Assembly (NCBI RefSeq): GCF_024521635.1
Contig: NW_026250412.1
Coordinates: 248,001-312,000, forward strand
From: Tricharina praecox
Lineage: Eukaryota
Direction: 5' to 3'
DNA length: 64,000 bases
The position numbers and the translations under genes were made by a program. Numbering within the stretch: position 1 is the first letter of the stretch; every line of letters starts with the position of its first letter. The notes below the pieces were generated by a model that was given only the letters and a program-made list of their open reading frames with translations, searched no databases and was not told the DNA's origin. Below are positions 51,568 to 64,000 of the stretch, piece by piece.

Positions 51568-54500
51568 CTTGAATAAGGTGCAGCGTAAGAGAGCACCGAG
51601 TAAGTCGATACTTTATCGAAATAGACAGGATATAAACCTTTTTTTTTGTTTTTTTTTGTTTTTGTTTTCGCCCTTTTTTTCTTCTCTTTCTCTTTCAGTC
51701 AGGTAGCAACAGGGGGAGCGGGCTGCAGCAAGCAAGCAAGCACAAGCAGCAGCAACGCAGGTGGTAGCTTAAATAGGAGTTAGGCCGAGTTGGATTGGTT
51801 GTCCCACCAAGAGACGCTGACAAGTTTTGGAGAGCAGTTGGGAGAGGCGAGGATGTCCAATCACGAACGTTGGAGGAGAAGGAGTCCTAGGGTTTGGGTT
51901 TGTGTATTTTTTCTTTGGGGAGCCAGGGTTTGGGTTGGTGGTGGTAGTAGTAGTGGGGGGGGGGGGAGGGGAGGATAATTGTTCGAGGGGGGACGGGGGA
52001 CACCAGCAGCTTTTTAATGGGCTCTCGCTTTTTCCGTTTTTTGGAAGGGTGGGATGTGGATGGCGCCGGGGCACGGGTTCGGAGCTAGGGTTCGAGGGTG
52101 CGGTTTGGTTGGTTGGTTTTGGTTTTGATCCTGGGCGGTAGGTAAGCTGGGGCGGATGAGGCTAAAAGGTGCTGTGCGGCGCCGCTTGATCGCTTTGGGA
52201 GCACGATAAAGTGAGCGAGGGGAAGCAGGGTCACGGCAAGAAGAAAGAAGACGAAGAACTGTGGAGGTGCAACTCTCTCTCTATCTCTATCTCTCGTAGG
52301 TGGCAGGCACGCAGGCAGACACGCAGTCAGACAGGCAGGCAGGGTAGCAGCACAGCAGCCGGGGGACAGAACGAGGGCGGGGGCTGGCTGGCTGGCTGCT
52401 CGGCTGTGATTGGCCGGTCGCTTCAGCGTCCCCAGCAGGCTGAGTCGTCCGCGCTCGTTTCGCTTCTGCTCCTTGGCGTGGCCAGAAAAGCAAAACGAAC
52501 AAAGTCAAAGGGACCTTCGAGAAACAGCGAATACACGGGTTTGTGGGGGGAAGATATAAAAGAGGATCGCTGGGGTGCGTAAAGGACCAAATTCGGTAGA
52601 CTAACAGCCAGTCTTCTTCTTCGTCGTCTTCGTACGCGTCGTCTTCGTCGCCAATCGATCAGGCATCGACCCGTAATGATGATGCCGAACGATATGCGCA
52701 GGAATGACGAGGAATCGTTGGGGTGGGGGGGGCTCGCAGGGAAGTCGGAAGTGGAAGCCACAAGCAGCACGCAAGCGTTTCGAGGGATTGTCGCTGTCAC
52801 CCTTTTTCTCCGTGGTCTCGGGCTCCTTTTATCTGAACGACGCGCGATGGCCAGTGACGCCAAGGCACGCTAGCTACTCCCGTTGCCTAGCGAAAACATC
52901 TTCAGCTTCATCGCACTACGGGACACATCTCAACATGCGACCTTTGTCGATTTCTTACCGCAGCATGTAGGTCAGTACACGGACATCAGTGGATGCTCGG
53001 CCGATGGGGAGGGGCTCGCGAAAGATATATCGATCCCCCATCGGAAGGGAGATCGCTTCTATCTGTAGCCGTAACGTTCGCTGATCTCGAAGCTGAACAC
53101 CGACCGGCCATGGTGAGAGGTGTGCACTGACTTGGATATGTAGAGCGAGTCCCAGGTCCGGAAGCGGTGACACTTGACTAGGTAGAGCACTCTAGGGACT
53201 TGACAGCAAGCGGATCGATCAGATTAGATTAGATGGTTGCATGATTGGCTGAACACTCTCTCCTTCCTTTTTTTTTTGCTCGACTGCGATTTGGAGTGGA
53301 TCGGGAAATGTGATGTGGAGTGGAACAGTGGCGGAGGCTTTTCACGAGCCCCCATTCTCACGGTGACCACGGCAGCCCGGCCGGCTGTCCACCCCCTTCC
53401 CGAGAGCTGATCCACATCAATTTTGCCCATCGCAGCCCTCAACGCCACGTTCTTTTGTTCTTGGAATCCCGCCGTTTGACGCTCTGCAGCTTGATCGTCG
53501 ACATCCCGAACAAAGTCTGGGGATGAATCAGTGCGGCTTAAAAGCTTAATTCAAGCTCTTGTCGCGCACTTTCCCCCGCACTCGCACTCGCGCTCGCGCT
53601 TCCCGACTAGCCACTATTGTCTAAGATGCCAAACTCCAACGACTTGTGTTCTTTTCTCTCCGTGTTTCACTCCAGCACAATGCCGTAGCTATGATACCTC
53701 CCTGACACCCCGCCACTGTCTGCACCCAAACAATGCCGTCAATCGCCCGCTAATCGCGGCGGAGTGTCGATACTCTATAGATAGCACATACCACTCGCCA
53801 GTCACCCCGGACAAAACGAAGAAAGTACTATCGCTCCGAACAGTCGAGAAATTGATGAAAGGCAATGATCTCCGCCGGATGGTCTCCGGGGAAGACAAGC
53901 TCTCCACGTTCCCCACAAAACCATCGACGAACGCCTAGAGGTCTTGCTTGGGAAGACAATGGAGAATGCTTCGGTATGTACATCCTTTCGACGGTAAGTG
54001 TCGCCAGATAGGTAGACTCCAAGAACGAAGAGCACGGGAAAAACTTGTCATACTTACGTCCGACCAGCCGTGTCACGCTGCAGGCTGCAGCGAATCATCG
54101 GGAATGATCCGGACGAATATCTAGAGCTTCGATTTGAACTGGAAAGCACAAGAAAAATACTCTCCGGAGCCAGTATGCTCTACCCCAATCGAAAGTCTCC
54201 ATACGGTTCATGCTGTTTATCTACCTAATTCAACTCCAGTTTTCAGCTGCAAGGAATGAAGCTGTACCCAACTGCCACCTAGAGTCGCAGCGCTCCTCTC
54301 CAAGTCAAGCCTCATTGAGTTCTACCAAAGTGTTCGGTTTTTTCATATGGGCCGAATCTCAAAAAGACCGAGTACCTATGATTTCCTTTGATGTCCCACA
54401 CGACAGACTCGACATCGGACAAACACGACAATCACCACAAACTCAACAAACACAGCAAACACAGCAAACACAACTGTGCCACACCCCGTTTCTGCACGCG

Positions 54501-56496
54501 GCATCTACCTACCTTACTCTACTCTACATACATATTGCGGAGATGACTTCCTGACTTCCTGACTGACCGACCGACCGCCCGACCTGACTCGCACATGCAT
54601 AATGCATTATCTACCGTCCCTTGTAAGTTGCCGTTGTTTGACGGTTACTGTGGAACGCGAGATTCGAGAAGTGCCGCGCGCAGCGGCGCAGGCAGAAACG
54701 TCAGTACTTGGAGTTGGACAATGAATCTCAAAGCTCGTCTCGCCGCCTATCTGTGTACATATGATATGTAGGTGACGGGCCTGAGCCGGGTCCGGACGTG
54801 TCTGTCATACAACCTGCGCTCGGCTGGACTCCAACCCGCCCCGAGACGAGTAGCGAGGGCGAGGGGCGACGGATTCATCCCCACAGTACTACCTGTGATA
54901 GAGTAGAGGACCCCCCCCTCCCTCCCCCAACATCGAATGCTCTCTCTCGTAAACCTGGATCTACCCTGTCCGCGCTGACTACCTAGCTATCTCGTCCCGT
55001 GATACCTCCACCCCGTGGATCATGGCCCGCTGATGGAACCTGGGCGGTTAACTATGCGAGCATGGGAATTCCAAGTGCTGCAGTCACTGGACGAGGTGGC
55101 CCACTAAAAAGATACATACCGCCGTGGCCGACGTCTCTGTCTCTCTGACCTGAATGCTCAGTTCGGTTGGATGACGTAAGCACGAAGAGAGGCGTCATTA
55201 TTGGCTACGGACCTACGGTATCGTCGCTCCCGCCCGGTCTATGATTCCCACGATGATGGGCCCGGAAGATCCGGGGATGGTATGTATTGTACAATAGGTG
55301 GAGCCTGGACAGGCGCGTTGGGGCCGACAAGGGAGGCGATCGTGAGTACAGTCATTCCAATAGACCTCAGCGGCTGTGTCTCAACGCTCGATACCGGTAT
55401 GTCTATCTTCAGCTGAGGGTTCATTGTCCACCTCCACCTGGAGACGAGATGAGACGAAGCCCAGAACGAGATCACGTGTTGTCTCCTTCTCCCCCAACCG
55501 AGAGACAGATGCTTGCCGGCGAATCATAAGTTGTAGATATGCGCTATACGAATAGAGTAGTTGGGTAGAAGGCCAACCGTCCAGATTGGTTCTTCTTTGG
55601 TTATCTACCTATGTATCGTTCGCGGGGTGATGATTGTCGATCAGATCAGAACGTGAATGCCGCCACTTCGCCTGCTGGATGTACGTACTAGTACTGTTCT
55701 CCAACCGGTGATGATGATTGGGCTTCGCCGGTGAGAGTGTCTCATAGTCATCCACGCGAAAAGACATCAACAGTATCAGCACATCCAGCCAAGAGATGAT
55801 GACGACTGCGAGGAACTTGTGATCCCCCGTGTCGATAGGTATGAGCAAGTACCGCATGGTGGCCGTGGCCATGGCCAGGGCGTCGAGTGACCACGCGTCG
55901 TGAACAGTTCGCCTGGAGAATTAATTCCCATGACATGAAAGACAAGTCAAGTCAAGACAGATTCCGGGCAGCCGCATACATAAATCCCCCCGTTCTCAGT
56001 TATACCCTTGCCGGGTTACTGATGCATGATGCGACGAACACACCCTGACACTGACACACAGCCCTTCAACTCCAAGCCCGTTGAATAGAGTAGCACCTAA
56101 CTGGCCTGCTCTGCGACTAACTACGCTACCATACTACTGCTACCTATTCGGGCCAACGAACATCTTCAACACCTCTGGCCCCCCTCGCACAGCTCACTCA
56201 ACCATCTTCCGATCCCAACTGCTACCTACCTGCCGGCGAACTCCATCGAACGTGCTAACAGCTGTCTTGACAACTGTTCATCGCCATCTCTCTGCCCTAC
56301 CCTCTTTCCCACGTCGAACCCCCCGAGTTCCGACAGAGACCCCCCCCTCTCCCCTCCCCCCTTGGACCACCAAACTTCTCCGACATCCTCAACCCCCCTC
56401 AAAAGCGATCTCGTCTCGTATCGCGGTTCTTTAGCTTGGAAGCCTGTCACCTTCGCGAAACCGTTCCCTCCGGCATCCAACTCGGGAAAGTCTTCT

Positions 56497-59400
56497 ATGG
56501 CGGCCTCAGCGTATGGGCACCAGCTCGCATCACACCTTCCGGGTCACCGTCCCACGGTAGCTCCCGTTCCAAACATCCCGCCAGGCACCTTTCCTCCCGG
56601 TACCGCCATCACCGTCGGAGCACACAAATGTGTCATAGAACGATATCTCTCCGAAGGCATGTTGCACACCCCCGCCGCTGCCGACGCCGCCGCCGGCAAT
56701 GCCGTGAGACAGACGGGTCCCTGTTGCTAACCGCGATCGCGACGTTTAGGCGGCTTCGCACACGTTTACCTGGTGAAATTGTCGCTTCCCGTGCATGGCT
56801 CGGACATAGCGGTGCTGAAGCGTGTGGCTGTTCCGGACAAGGAGGCCCTCGCCAGCATGCGGACCGAAGTGGACACAATGGTGCGTGTGTTGAAAGCTCC
56901 CTCCTCCGACTCTCTCTCCTGTTGTCACAATTTGCGTCTGACTCCGGTGCACCATCGCAGAAACGGTTAAAAGGACATCGACACATCGTAACCTACATTG
57001 ATTCGCACGCGTCGCATCTGAAGGGCGGGGGTTATGAGGTCTTTCTGTTGATGGAATATTGTTCAGGTACGGCAACATCCCCGTAACCCCCCCGCGCGGC
57101 GTACGGTTCCAGGGCTCATCATCTTACTCATTGTCAGGCGGCGGGTTAATCGACTTCATGAACACTCGACTACAGCACCGGCTTACCGAACCGGAGGTTT
57201 TGAAAATATTCAGCGATGTCACCCAAGGAGTTGCTTGCATGCATTACCTGCAACCCCCACTGCTCCACCGTGATTTAAAGGTCGAGAATGTTCTGATAGC
57301 TCAGAGTGGAGGTTACAAGGTCTGCGACTTTGGCTCTTGCTCTGCCGTGAAACCGGCACCCCAGTCAGTAGTCGAATGCCGGCTTCTGGAAGAGGATATC
57401 CAGAAGCACACGACACTTCAGTATCGGTCACCGGAAATGGTTGACGTGTTCCGCAAGCTGCCTATCGACGAAAAGTCCGACATATGGGCCTTGGGTGTGC
57501 TTCTTTACAAGCTTTGCTACTACACGACGCCATTCGAGGAACAGGGACAACTGGCAATCCTCAATGCCTCGTTTTCATTTCCCCCGCATCCCGTATTCTC
57601 CGATAGGCTCAAGAATTTGATAGGTTGGTGGCCCGAGTTGCCAGCGCATTCTTTGACTTTTTTTCTTTTCTTCTTCTCCCGCCTCGGAGCACGGCTAATG
57701 TAGGCAGCTTCTATGCTTCGCGAACAACCGCACCAAAGGCCGAATATTTATCAAGTTCTTCGGGAAGTTTGCTACCTTCGCGGTAGGGAGGTGCCGATCA
57801 AAGACGTGAGTAAATATAGCTGTGCGACACCGCCGCCGCCGACCAATGACGCTGATGAACCGGAAAGATTTATTCCCCGCGATCGACTCCCGTGCCGGCT
57901 CAAGTCGAAAAGCATTTGCCTTCGCTCCCGGTTCAATCATCTCCGAGCGTTGTAGCATATCAGGTGCCGGCTCAGGCGGAATCGCTGCCGATTCCGGATA
58001 TTGTTCCCATGCGTCGAGGTAGACCGACAAAGAGTCAGCCCGCTTCATCTAACCCTCACTCGACCGCAACGTCGAGGACCCGGGTGGGGGTTCCATCGCC
58101 TCAAGTCCGACCCACAACAATCGACCCATTTGCAGCGTTGGATAAAAATACGGCGCATCTCTCCCAGGACGAACTCTCGAATAGGTTTCCGAGTGTTGAG
58201 CAGTTCTCGTTGCTTCACGACTCTGGCAGTAAATTCCAGTTCATGGATGATAAATCACCCGGTGCAGGTCAAGGCTTCGATGAGAATCTGGCGGAAAGGC
58301 TTGCGGAGGATGCGTTCGCCACAGTGTCGTCCCCGAAGGCGGGTCTTCTCAGGAGCACCTCGACAGAACTATTGAGTCAACCCCAGAGCATTTCACGAGG
58401 CGCAACAGGCACGAGTAACTACGTCCGACCCGTATTGTATGAACCACAGCCCAAAAGGCCGGTTATGGTTTCGACCGGAACGATGACATCCCCATCCCCG
58501 CCCCGATCGCCTCCGCGGCATGAGCCTCTCCCGCAAAGCCAAAAACTGACGACTCCGCCGTCGAGCAGTACCCATGATCGAGTATCGGAGAGCTATATCC
58601 GCCAAGAGCAGCCACAGCGACCAGCGCTTCTTGATGTCGGACGCTCGCAGACACATGTTCTCATCTCGTCCACTTCGCAGCCGAGCTCGTCACGACCATC
58701 ACTCGAAATGTCTCGTGCGCTCTCGTCGACAGACATCGGTGAACCGATCCGGTCCAAGTCGGCGAATGCCAAACCAAGGCCGCACAGCGTGTATGTGGAG
58801 TCGAACCTGGAGTTTCTCCGCGACTTGGACTCCCCCAGCTCGCAGGGAACATCGACCGGAGGATTCCCACCTATCGCAGGGCTCCAACTGCAGCACTCGG
58901 GACGATCAGTCTCATCCATGCGATCGGAGCACATCGATTCCAACGTTGTCTTCCTGCAAGTCATGGAGGCGGAGGCCGATGCTAACAAGCCCGAAAAACG
59001 GAATATCACCAGCAACTTCGTGGGGAAGCACGTCAAGCGAGCAAGCATGCCTAGCATATCCCTGCCGAAAAACAAGCTGGGCGGCAAGTTTGGAGACGCC
59101 TTCCGTCGGTTCGAACGTGGGAACGCCGGAAACAACAACGGACCCGAACCCGTCCGGACCCCCAGTCCGGAAAGAAACTCACACAGCAACGGCGCCTCCC
59201 CCATCGATGACGAGTGGGAAGTCAGCAGCCAGGACATCCCGCCGGAGGTGAAACGAGAGCTCGAAAAACGCCAGTTGTCGCAGGAGGAGAAACGAGTCGC
59301 CGCCGCCGCAGCCGAATACAAACGACAGTTAGCCAGCAGAGCCGAAGGCGAACCAGTGCGGCGAACCCGCGCAAACTCGATTCAGAAACGCGTCCACGCC

Positions 59401-59910
59401 CTCCTCAACGAGACGAACAAGGAGCCCCCTCCCAAGACCGCCGAGGGATACGGACGCTACACGGCTGAAGCACCAGTGTCGCAACTGCCAAACGGCTCCT
59501 CCGCCTCCTCCACGACACCCGCCAACAAACCGGAGTCGTACCGGATCACACAGAGCAGCACCGGCTACCGACCCAGCACACCCGTCTCGGCCGCCAGCGT
59601 TGCTGCTGCTGCTGCTGCTGCAAAGGTGGTGCGGAAACCCGTCGGCCCAACTCCCACACCCACGCCTACACCGCCCGCCGCCGCCTCCGCAGCAAGACCA
59701 CCGCCCCCACCAAAACCTAAAAAGCTTCGGACCGGCGGCGGCAGCAGCAACAGTGCTAGCCCCGTCATGCAGCAGCAGCAGATGCAGCAGCCGGACGAGG
59801 ACTGGGAGAGGAACTTTGCAAAGCGCTATCCTAGCCTGAGCGGATTGGAGATTTCGGATGATTCCGCCGGTGCTGCTGGTGGTGGCGGTGGGGGCGCGAG
59901 GAGGTCGTAG
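56497..59910 (+). CDS. NAK-family (Ark1/Prk1/Akl1-like) actin-regulating Ser/Thr kinase, ~1007 aa, 6 exons
   Basis: Exons 56497-56656, 56750-56880, 56961-57066, 57138-57623, 57708-57805 and 57868-59910 give [59 protein letters not shown] and [11 protein letters not shown]. The Pro/Ser-rich tail has DPF and ends FAKRYPSL. Confidence 0.95.
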
Positions 59911-60848
59911 CTTTTTTTTGAGAGAGAGTCGTTTCGATTCCACTTCATTTGACTTCTTTTGACGGATATAGATTTGCATGTTTTTTTTTCTTATTTCTTT
60001 TTGGATACCTTTGTGGTGTACGTTACCTTACCTGTCTTTACTTATGATGATGACGATGATGACGGAGACGGAGGTTGTGGTGGTGGGGATTTTGTTATAG
60101 TGGGTGACGGGCGACGGGTGACGGGTATGGGTAATGAATTATCTCCTTCCTTTCTTCCTTCCTTTTCTTCTCCCTTCCTGCCTTTTCTTCTCCCCGAACG
60201 GAACGGATTTTATGTGATTAGAGTACTAGTAGTAGAGTAATGATGAGATTTTGTGAGATGATTATTGAAGAGATACTGAAGAGAGATACTGAATAGAGAT
60301 ACTGAAGAGATATTGAAGAGAGAGAGCATTGATTTATTTGCACATAGCCTTCAAAAAAACGTTTAATGAGTGGAATTCTGTTGAGTGGTTCGAGTGGTTT
60401 GGTTGTTGGGGAAGTCGACGAATCAGATTTTGTGATTTAGACGAGTGATCTTTCATGATAAGACGAGGTACCTGGTACTATACCTAGTGGACAAGAGTGC
60501 CTTACAACGGGCCATAATCTCCCAGATTCCAAGTAACAAGCAACCGGAATCATGTCCGGCGATCCCATCCCATCCCACCCCGTGCCCCGTGTCCTGGCGT
60601 TCACACCGGCAGACGATCAGCCAACCAGCCGACGGTAGGACGCCTCCGGCTCTGGCTACTCATTCACCCTCCCTCCTCCCGGCCCGGCCCGGCGTATCAT
60701 CCGCTCCCGTTCAACTCAACGATTAACTCGGTCAACTCAGTGCACACTGCACTTCCTAATCGTCTCTTCAATCGCCGATTCAATCACCCTTCACCCTTCA
60801 CCCGCCGCTTCACCCGCTCTTCACCCCTCCCACCCTTTCACACCCCCC

Positions 60849-60849
60849 G

Positions 60850-60928
<79 letters not shown>
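60849..60928. repeat. (GCCT)x20 microsatellite
   Basis: Perfect tetranucleotide run. Confidence 0.95.
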
Positions 60929-60930
<2 letters not shown>

Positions 60931-61091
60931 TCATCTCACTCATCGTCCTCGTTCACCCGTCACACTCGTCCCTCGTTCATCCCATCATCTCACCATCCGC
61001 CCATCCCGCCATCCATCTCGCCCATTCATCCATCTCGTCGCCCTCTCCCTCCCTTCCTCCCTCCCCTTGTCCAGGCACCAGGCACCACGAA

Positions 61092-61193
61092 CTTCACGTC
61101 ACCCCTCGGAATCCCTTCGGAATCCCCATTCATATCATCCTCCGGAATCCCATTCACGTCACCCTTCAGAATCCCATTCACGTCACCCTTCGA
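61092..61193. repeat. 24-bp minisatellite with a TCACGTCA core
   Basis: TCACGTCA at 61094, 61154 and 61178, with the variant TCATATCA at 61130. The unit is approximately TTCACGTCACCCTTCAGAATCCCA. Confidence 0.8.
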
Positions 61194-61344
61194 CAGCTTC
61201 AGCTTCAACTTAAACTTTTTTGCTTTTTTGCTACGACCAGTATTCCTTTAGTAGTAAGTACTTCAGCACCCATCCTTCCTCAATCCTCCCCGTTGCCGAA
61301 TACTGTCCAGAATACCGCCATAATCACCGCCATAATCACGCCCC

Positions 61345-61377
<33 letters not shown>

Positions 61378-62057
61378 GAAAAAACACCAATGCGCCAAAC
61401 AAAGTACTCGAAACAAAAAACAAACGCAGATATTGGAGTAGAAACCAATGAAACCAAGGAAATGAACACAAATGAACTGGAAAAAAGATTTAACCCCCCA
61501 GATTTCGCGATTCCGCTATCGTATCGTATCGAATGACCCGCTGTCGTATCGATCGTCTCGTACCGTATCGTATGTAGGCTGGAGGAGTGGGTATTTTTCA
61601 CAGGAAGGAAGGAAGGGAAGAAGGAAGAAAAGAAGCGCTGGTTGGTGGCAACTATGAGGTATGTAGAGTATGTAGCGTAGAATAGGTAAGTCGGTCGCGG
61701 TCATCCGATCGGTCATCCGGTCGACGACGAGGAGTAAGTAGGTGGGAGAAACGCCGAAGAAGAAGAAGAAAACGCATAAATCCGAATCGAATGTTGATAC
61801 ACAAGAACACCCCGCCCTGCCCGCTGATCCTTTCCCGTCCCATTTTGATATGAAAAAAAAAGTAAAAAAAAGAATTGAACTGTACACGACAAAACGCCCT
61901 ACAAGAATAAAACACAGTAGATGAAAAGTAAGAAAAAAAAAACCCTCCCGTCTACACGGTTTTCCCCCAAAATTAGTACGTAAATCGATATGTTGAAGCC
62001 ACAGGTAGTGTGAGGCTACCTCAAAGTTATGTATATGGAAGAATGTATTTTTTTGCC

Positions 62058-63389
62058 TCATCGGAGGTTGCTGGTCGCGAAGCCGAACGGCATCTGGCTG
62101 TACTGCCGCATCAAGTCGCTTAATCCGGCGTCGTGCTTCGGCGCCTGTTCCGACGCAAACATCGATTCGAAGCCCGAGTCGAATATGCCCACGCCGACGT
62201 TGTATTGGCCTGCCGAGGTGGCGGGGGGACCGCTGGGCTGCGCGCTCGTTTCTGGGGGTCGAGTCATCGTGTTGCCCATCGTTAGATCGGAATCGCCGCG
62301 GTTGTCCGGAGTAGGCTGCTGGTCAAGGGGACCCGGGACATCGTCGTCGTTGTTCTCGAGAAGCTCGGCATCATATTCCTGTTCTAAATTACACACCGAG
62401 TCAATCTAGGATGCACAGTTCTTTCATAAGATATGAAGAAAAATAGAAGGACGGGAAGTACGCGGGGTAGCTTGCCGAGCTCTTCCATGTGAGTTTGGTA
62501 TGGCGACGGGTAGTAGGAGGAGACGGAAGGGAGTTGCTGGAACTCCTGCTGCTGCTGTGACGGGTTGCCCTGCTGTGGAGGGAGGGAGTATGGCTGGGAC
62601 GGAGGCGTCGGCATGGTGGCGACGGACGGCGACGAGTTCCGTGAGGTCGGGATTGGCCGCATGTCCGGACTGGCTTTGATGTAAACTGCGTCTTGGGATG
62701 GGCTCATCATGGATCGCTTCGGTAGCGGGGCTTGTGGTCGTCGAATGACGGGACGGTGCATCTGCTGCAGCGGAGACATCGCAGCCTGTACAGGCATTGG
62801 TTGGTTCTGGGGAGGAGGGGCGGTGGCTTGAGGTATCTGAGGTTGCGGTGGCCGGTCGTCGTACTGTGAAACCGCCCTCAACTCTGCGGTGACGTCGATC
62901 CCCTTCTCCATCAAGATGCGTTCCAACAACGAGTTCTTGTAGCGGAGCATCAATACTTCGTCGGCGGCATTGCGGGAAGACTGCTGCAATCCCGACAATT
63001 GCTCTTCGTGGTGCTTGATTGTAGCTTCGAGGTGCTTGATGTATTCGGTTCGACGTTCTCGGAAAGCTATTTCGATGTGTCAACCAATGTGTCAAATCAA
63101 CAGATAGACCACGTTTCGCATGACACATGGTAACTGCAAGATAACAGCTGTGTAAGGTATTGGAAGGGGTGGATGATGCGTAGGTGCGGATTAGAGAAGT
63201 ATATAAAGTTAACCTACCAGCCTGGGCGGCTCTGTTCCTCATCTTCCGCTCTTCCTGGGTTGCATACACCGGCTTCCTTCCACCCTTCCTCTTCTGCACG
63301 GGCTGGTTGATCTGTTCGGCAGCCGTGGCCTCTGGCGAGGACGCCGGAGACGCGGTCGAGCGAGGCGGGGAAGTCTTGACGGCGGCCAT
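62058..63389 (-). CDS. bZIP transcription factor (~362 aa), 3 exons
   Basis: Exons 63389-63218, 63066-62476 and 62383-62058. Basic region and zipper read KRKGGRKPVYATQEERKMRNRAAQA|AFRERRTEYIKHLEATIK...LMLRYKNSLLERILMEKGIDV. Intron 63217..63067 is GT-AG and intron 62475..62384 is GC-AG. Confidence 0.92.
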
Positions 63390-64000
63390 AACAAGTTTTG
63401 GGGGGGAATGGCGGGTTTAGGTTATGACGAAGGACGAGGACGACTACGATTACTACGGCGACAGCGACGGCGGACGGACGCGGACGCGGACGCGGACAAC
63501 TGTGGTGACGGCAATGACGGGCGGGGAGCGGCGAGCGGCGGCGGGCGACAATGACGAGGGTGGATACTGGGGGCGGGGGGTGTGTGGGTGTGGCGGGATT
63601 TTGTAGGAAGCTACAGAAAGACGGAAGAGGAGGATTTGGCAAGGGCTTATGAGAGAAGAGGTTGGCTCAGGACCGACTGGAGCGGTCACAATTGCATGAA
63701 CCGAGATGAAAAGTGGACAAGGCCGATTGCAGACGGCGGGGTGGGTGGTCGGGGGGTGTGTGTGGTGGTGGGAGTGGTAGTGGTGGGAGTGGTGGTGGTG
63801 GTGTAGACGGATGGATGGTAGGCAAGGCAGGCAGTAGGTGCAGACTTCGATGCAGCAGCAGCCGTCCGCCCTGGATCATTTTTTTTTGTTTTTTTCTTCC
63901 CTCCTCGTGGATCCTCCGCGGGGTCCTTAGCGGGCCCTTGTCAGTTGTTCCAGCTTCAACAGGACATTTTGCAGAGATATGGGGGGTATTGACAGGAATG

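Noticed and set aside
56362..56496. In-frame TTG-initiated N-terminal extension of the kinase
   Set aside because: Only an open frame with no other support; ATG 56497 gives a normal-length N-terminus.
60740..61213. 157-aa ORF with (LPAC)n and SHSRHPSE repeats
   Set aside because: Translation of the (GCCT)20 microsatellite and the 24-bp minisatellite, with a GTG start.

Overview
Eukaryotic, intron-containing fungal DNA from a filamentous ascomycete. Introns are short, with GT/GC donors, CTRAY branch sites and AG acceptors, and the intergenic DNA is rich in simple repeats. Twelve protein-coding genes can be reconstructed by hand. In window order they are: a partial SLS1-like mitochondrial regulator, a divergent Rad51-paralog-like protein, EF-1alpha (TEF1), a Msg5/Pmp1-type MAPK phosphatase, a Ure2/GstA-class glutathione S-transferase, a large S/T/P-rich protein (possibly Mto2/Spa18-like), a head-to-head pair of orphan genes, an Upc2-type Zn2Cys6 transcription factor, MOT1, an Ark1/Prk1 (NAK) kinase and a bZIP factor. 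I saw no rRNA, tRNA, CRISPR or intact transposon. The most interesting signals are regulatory or structural. Two genes need GC-AG introns; in the bZIP gene, retention would swap an acidic C-terminus for a hydrophobic tail that ends on the acceptor TAG. MOT1 appears to have an 814-nt first intron, an 18-nt micro-exon and an overlapping uORF. The GST has a second in-frame start that adds a mitochondrial presequence. The Rad51 paralog has a degenerate Walker A. The orphan gene pair is unexplained. All family assignments come from motif recognition by eye; no database search was run.
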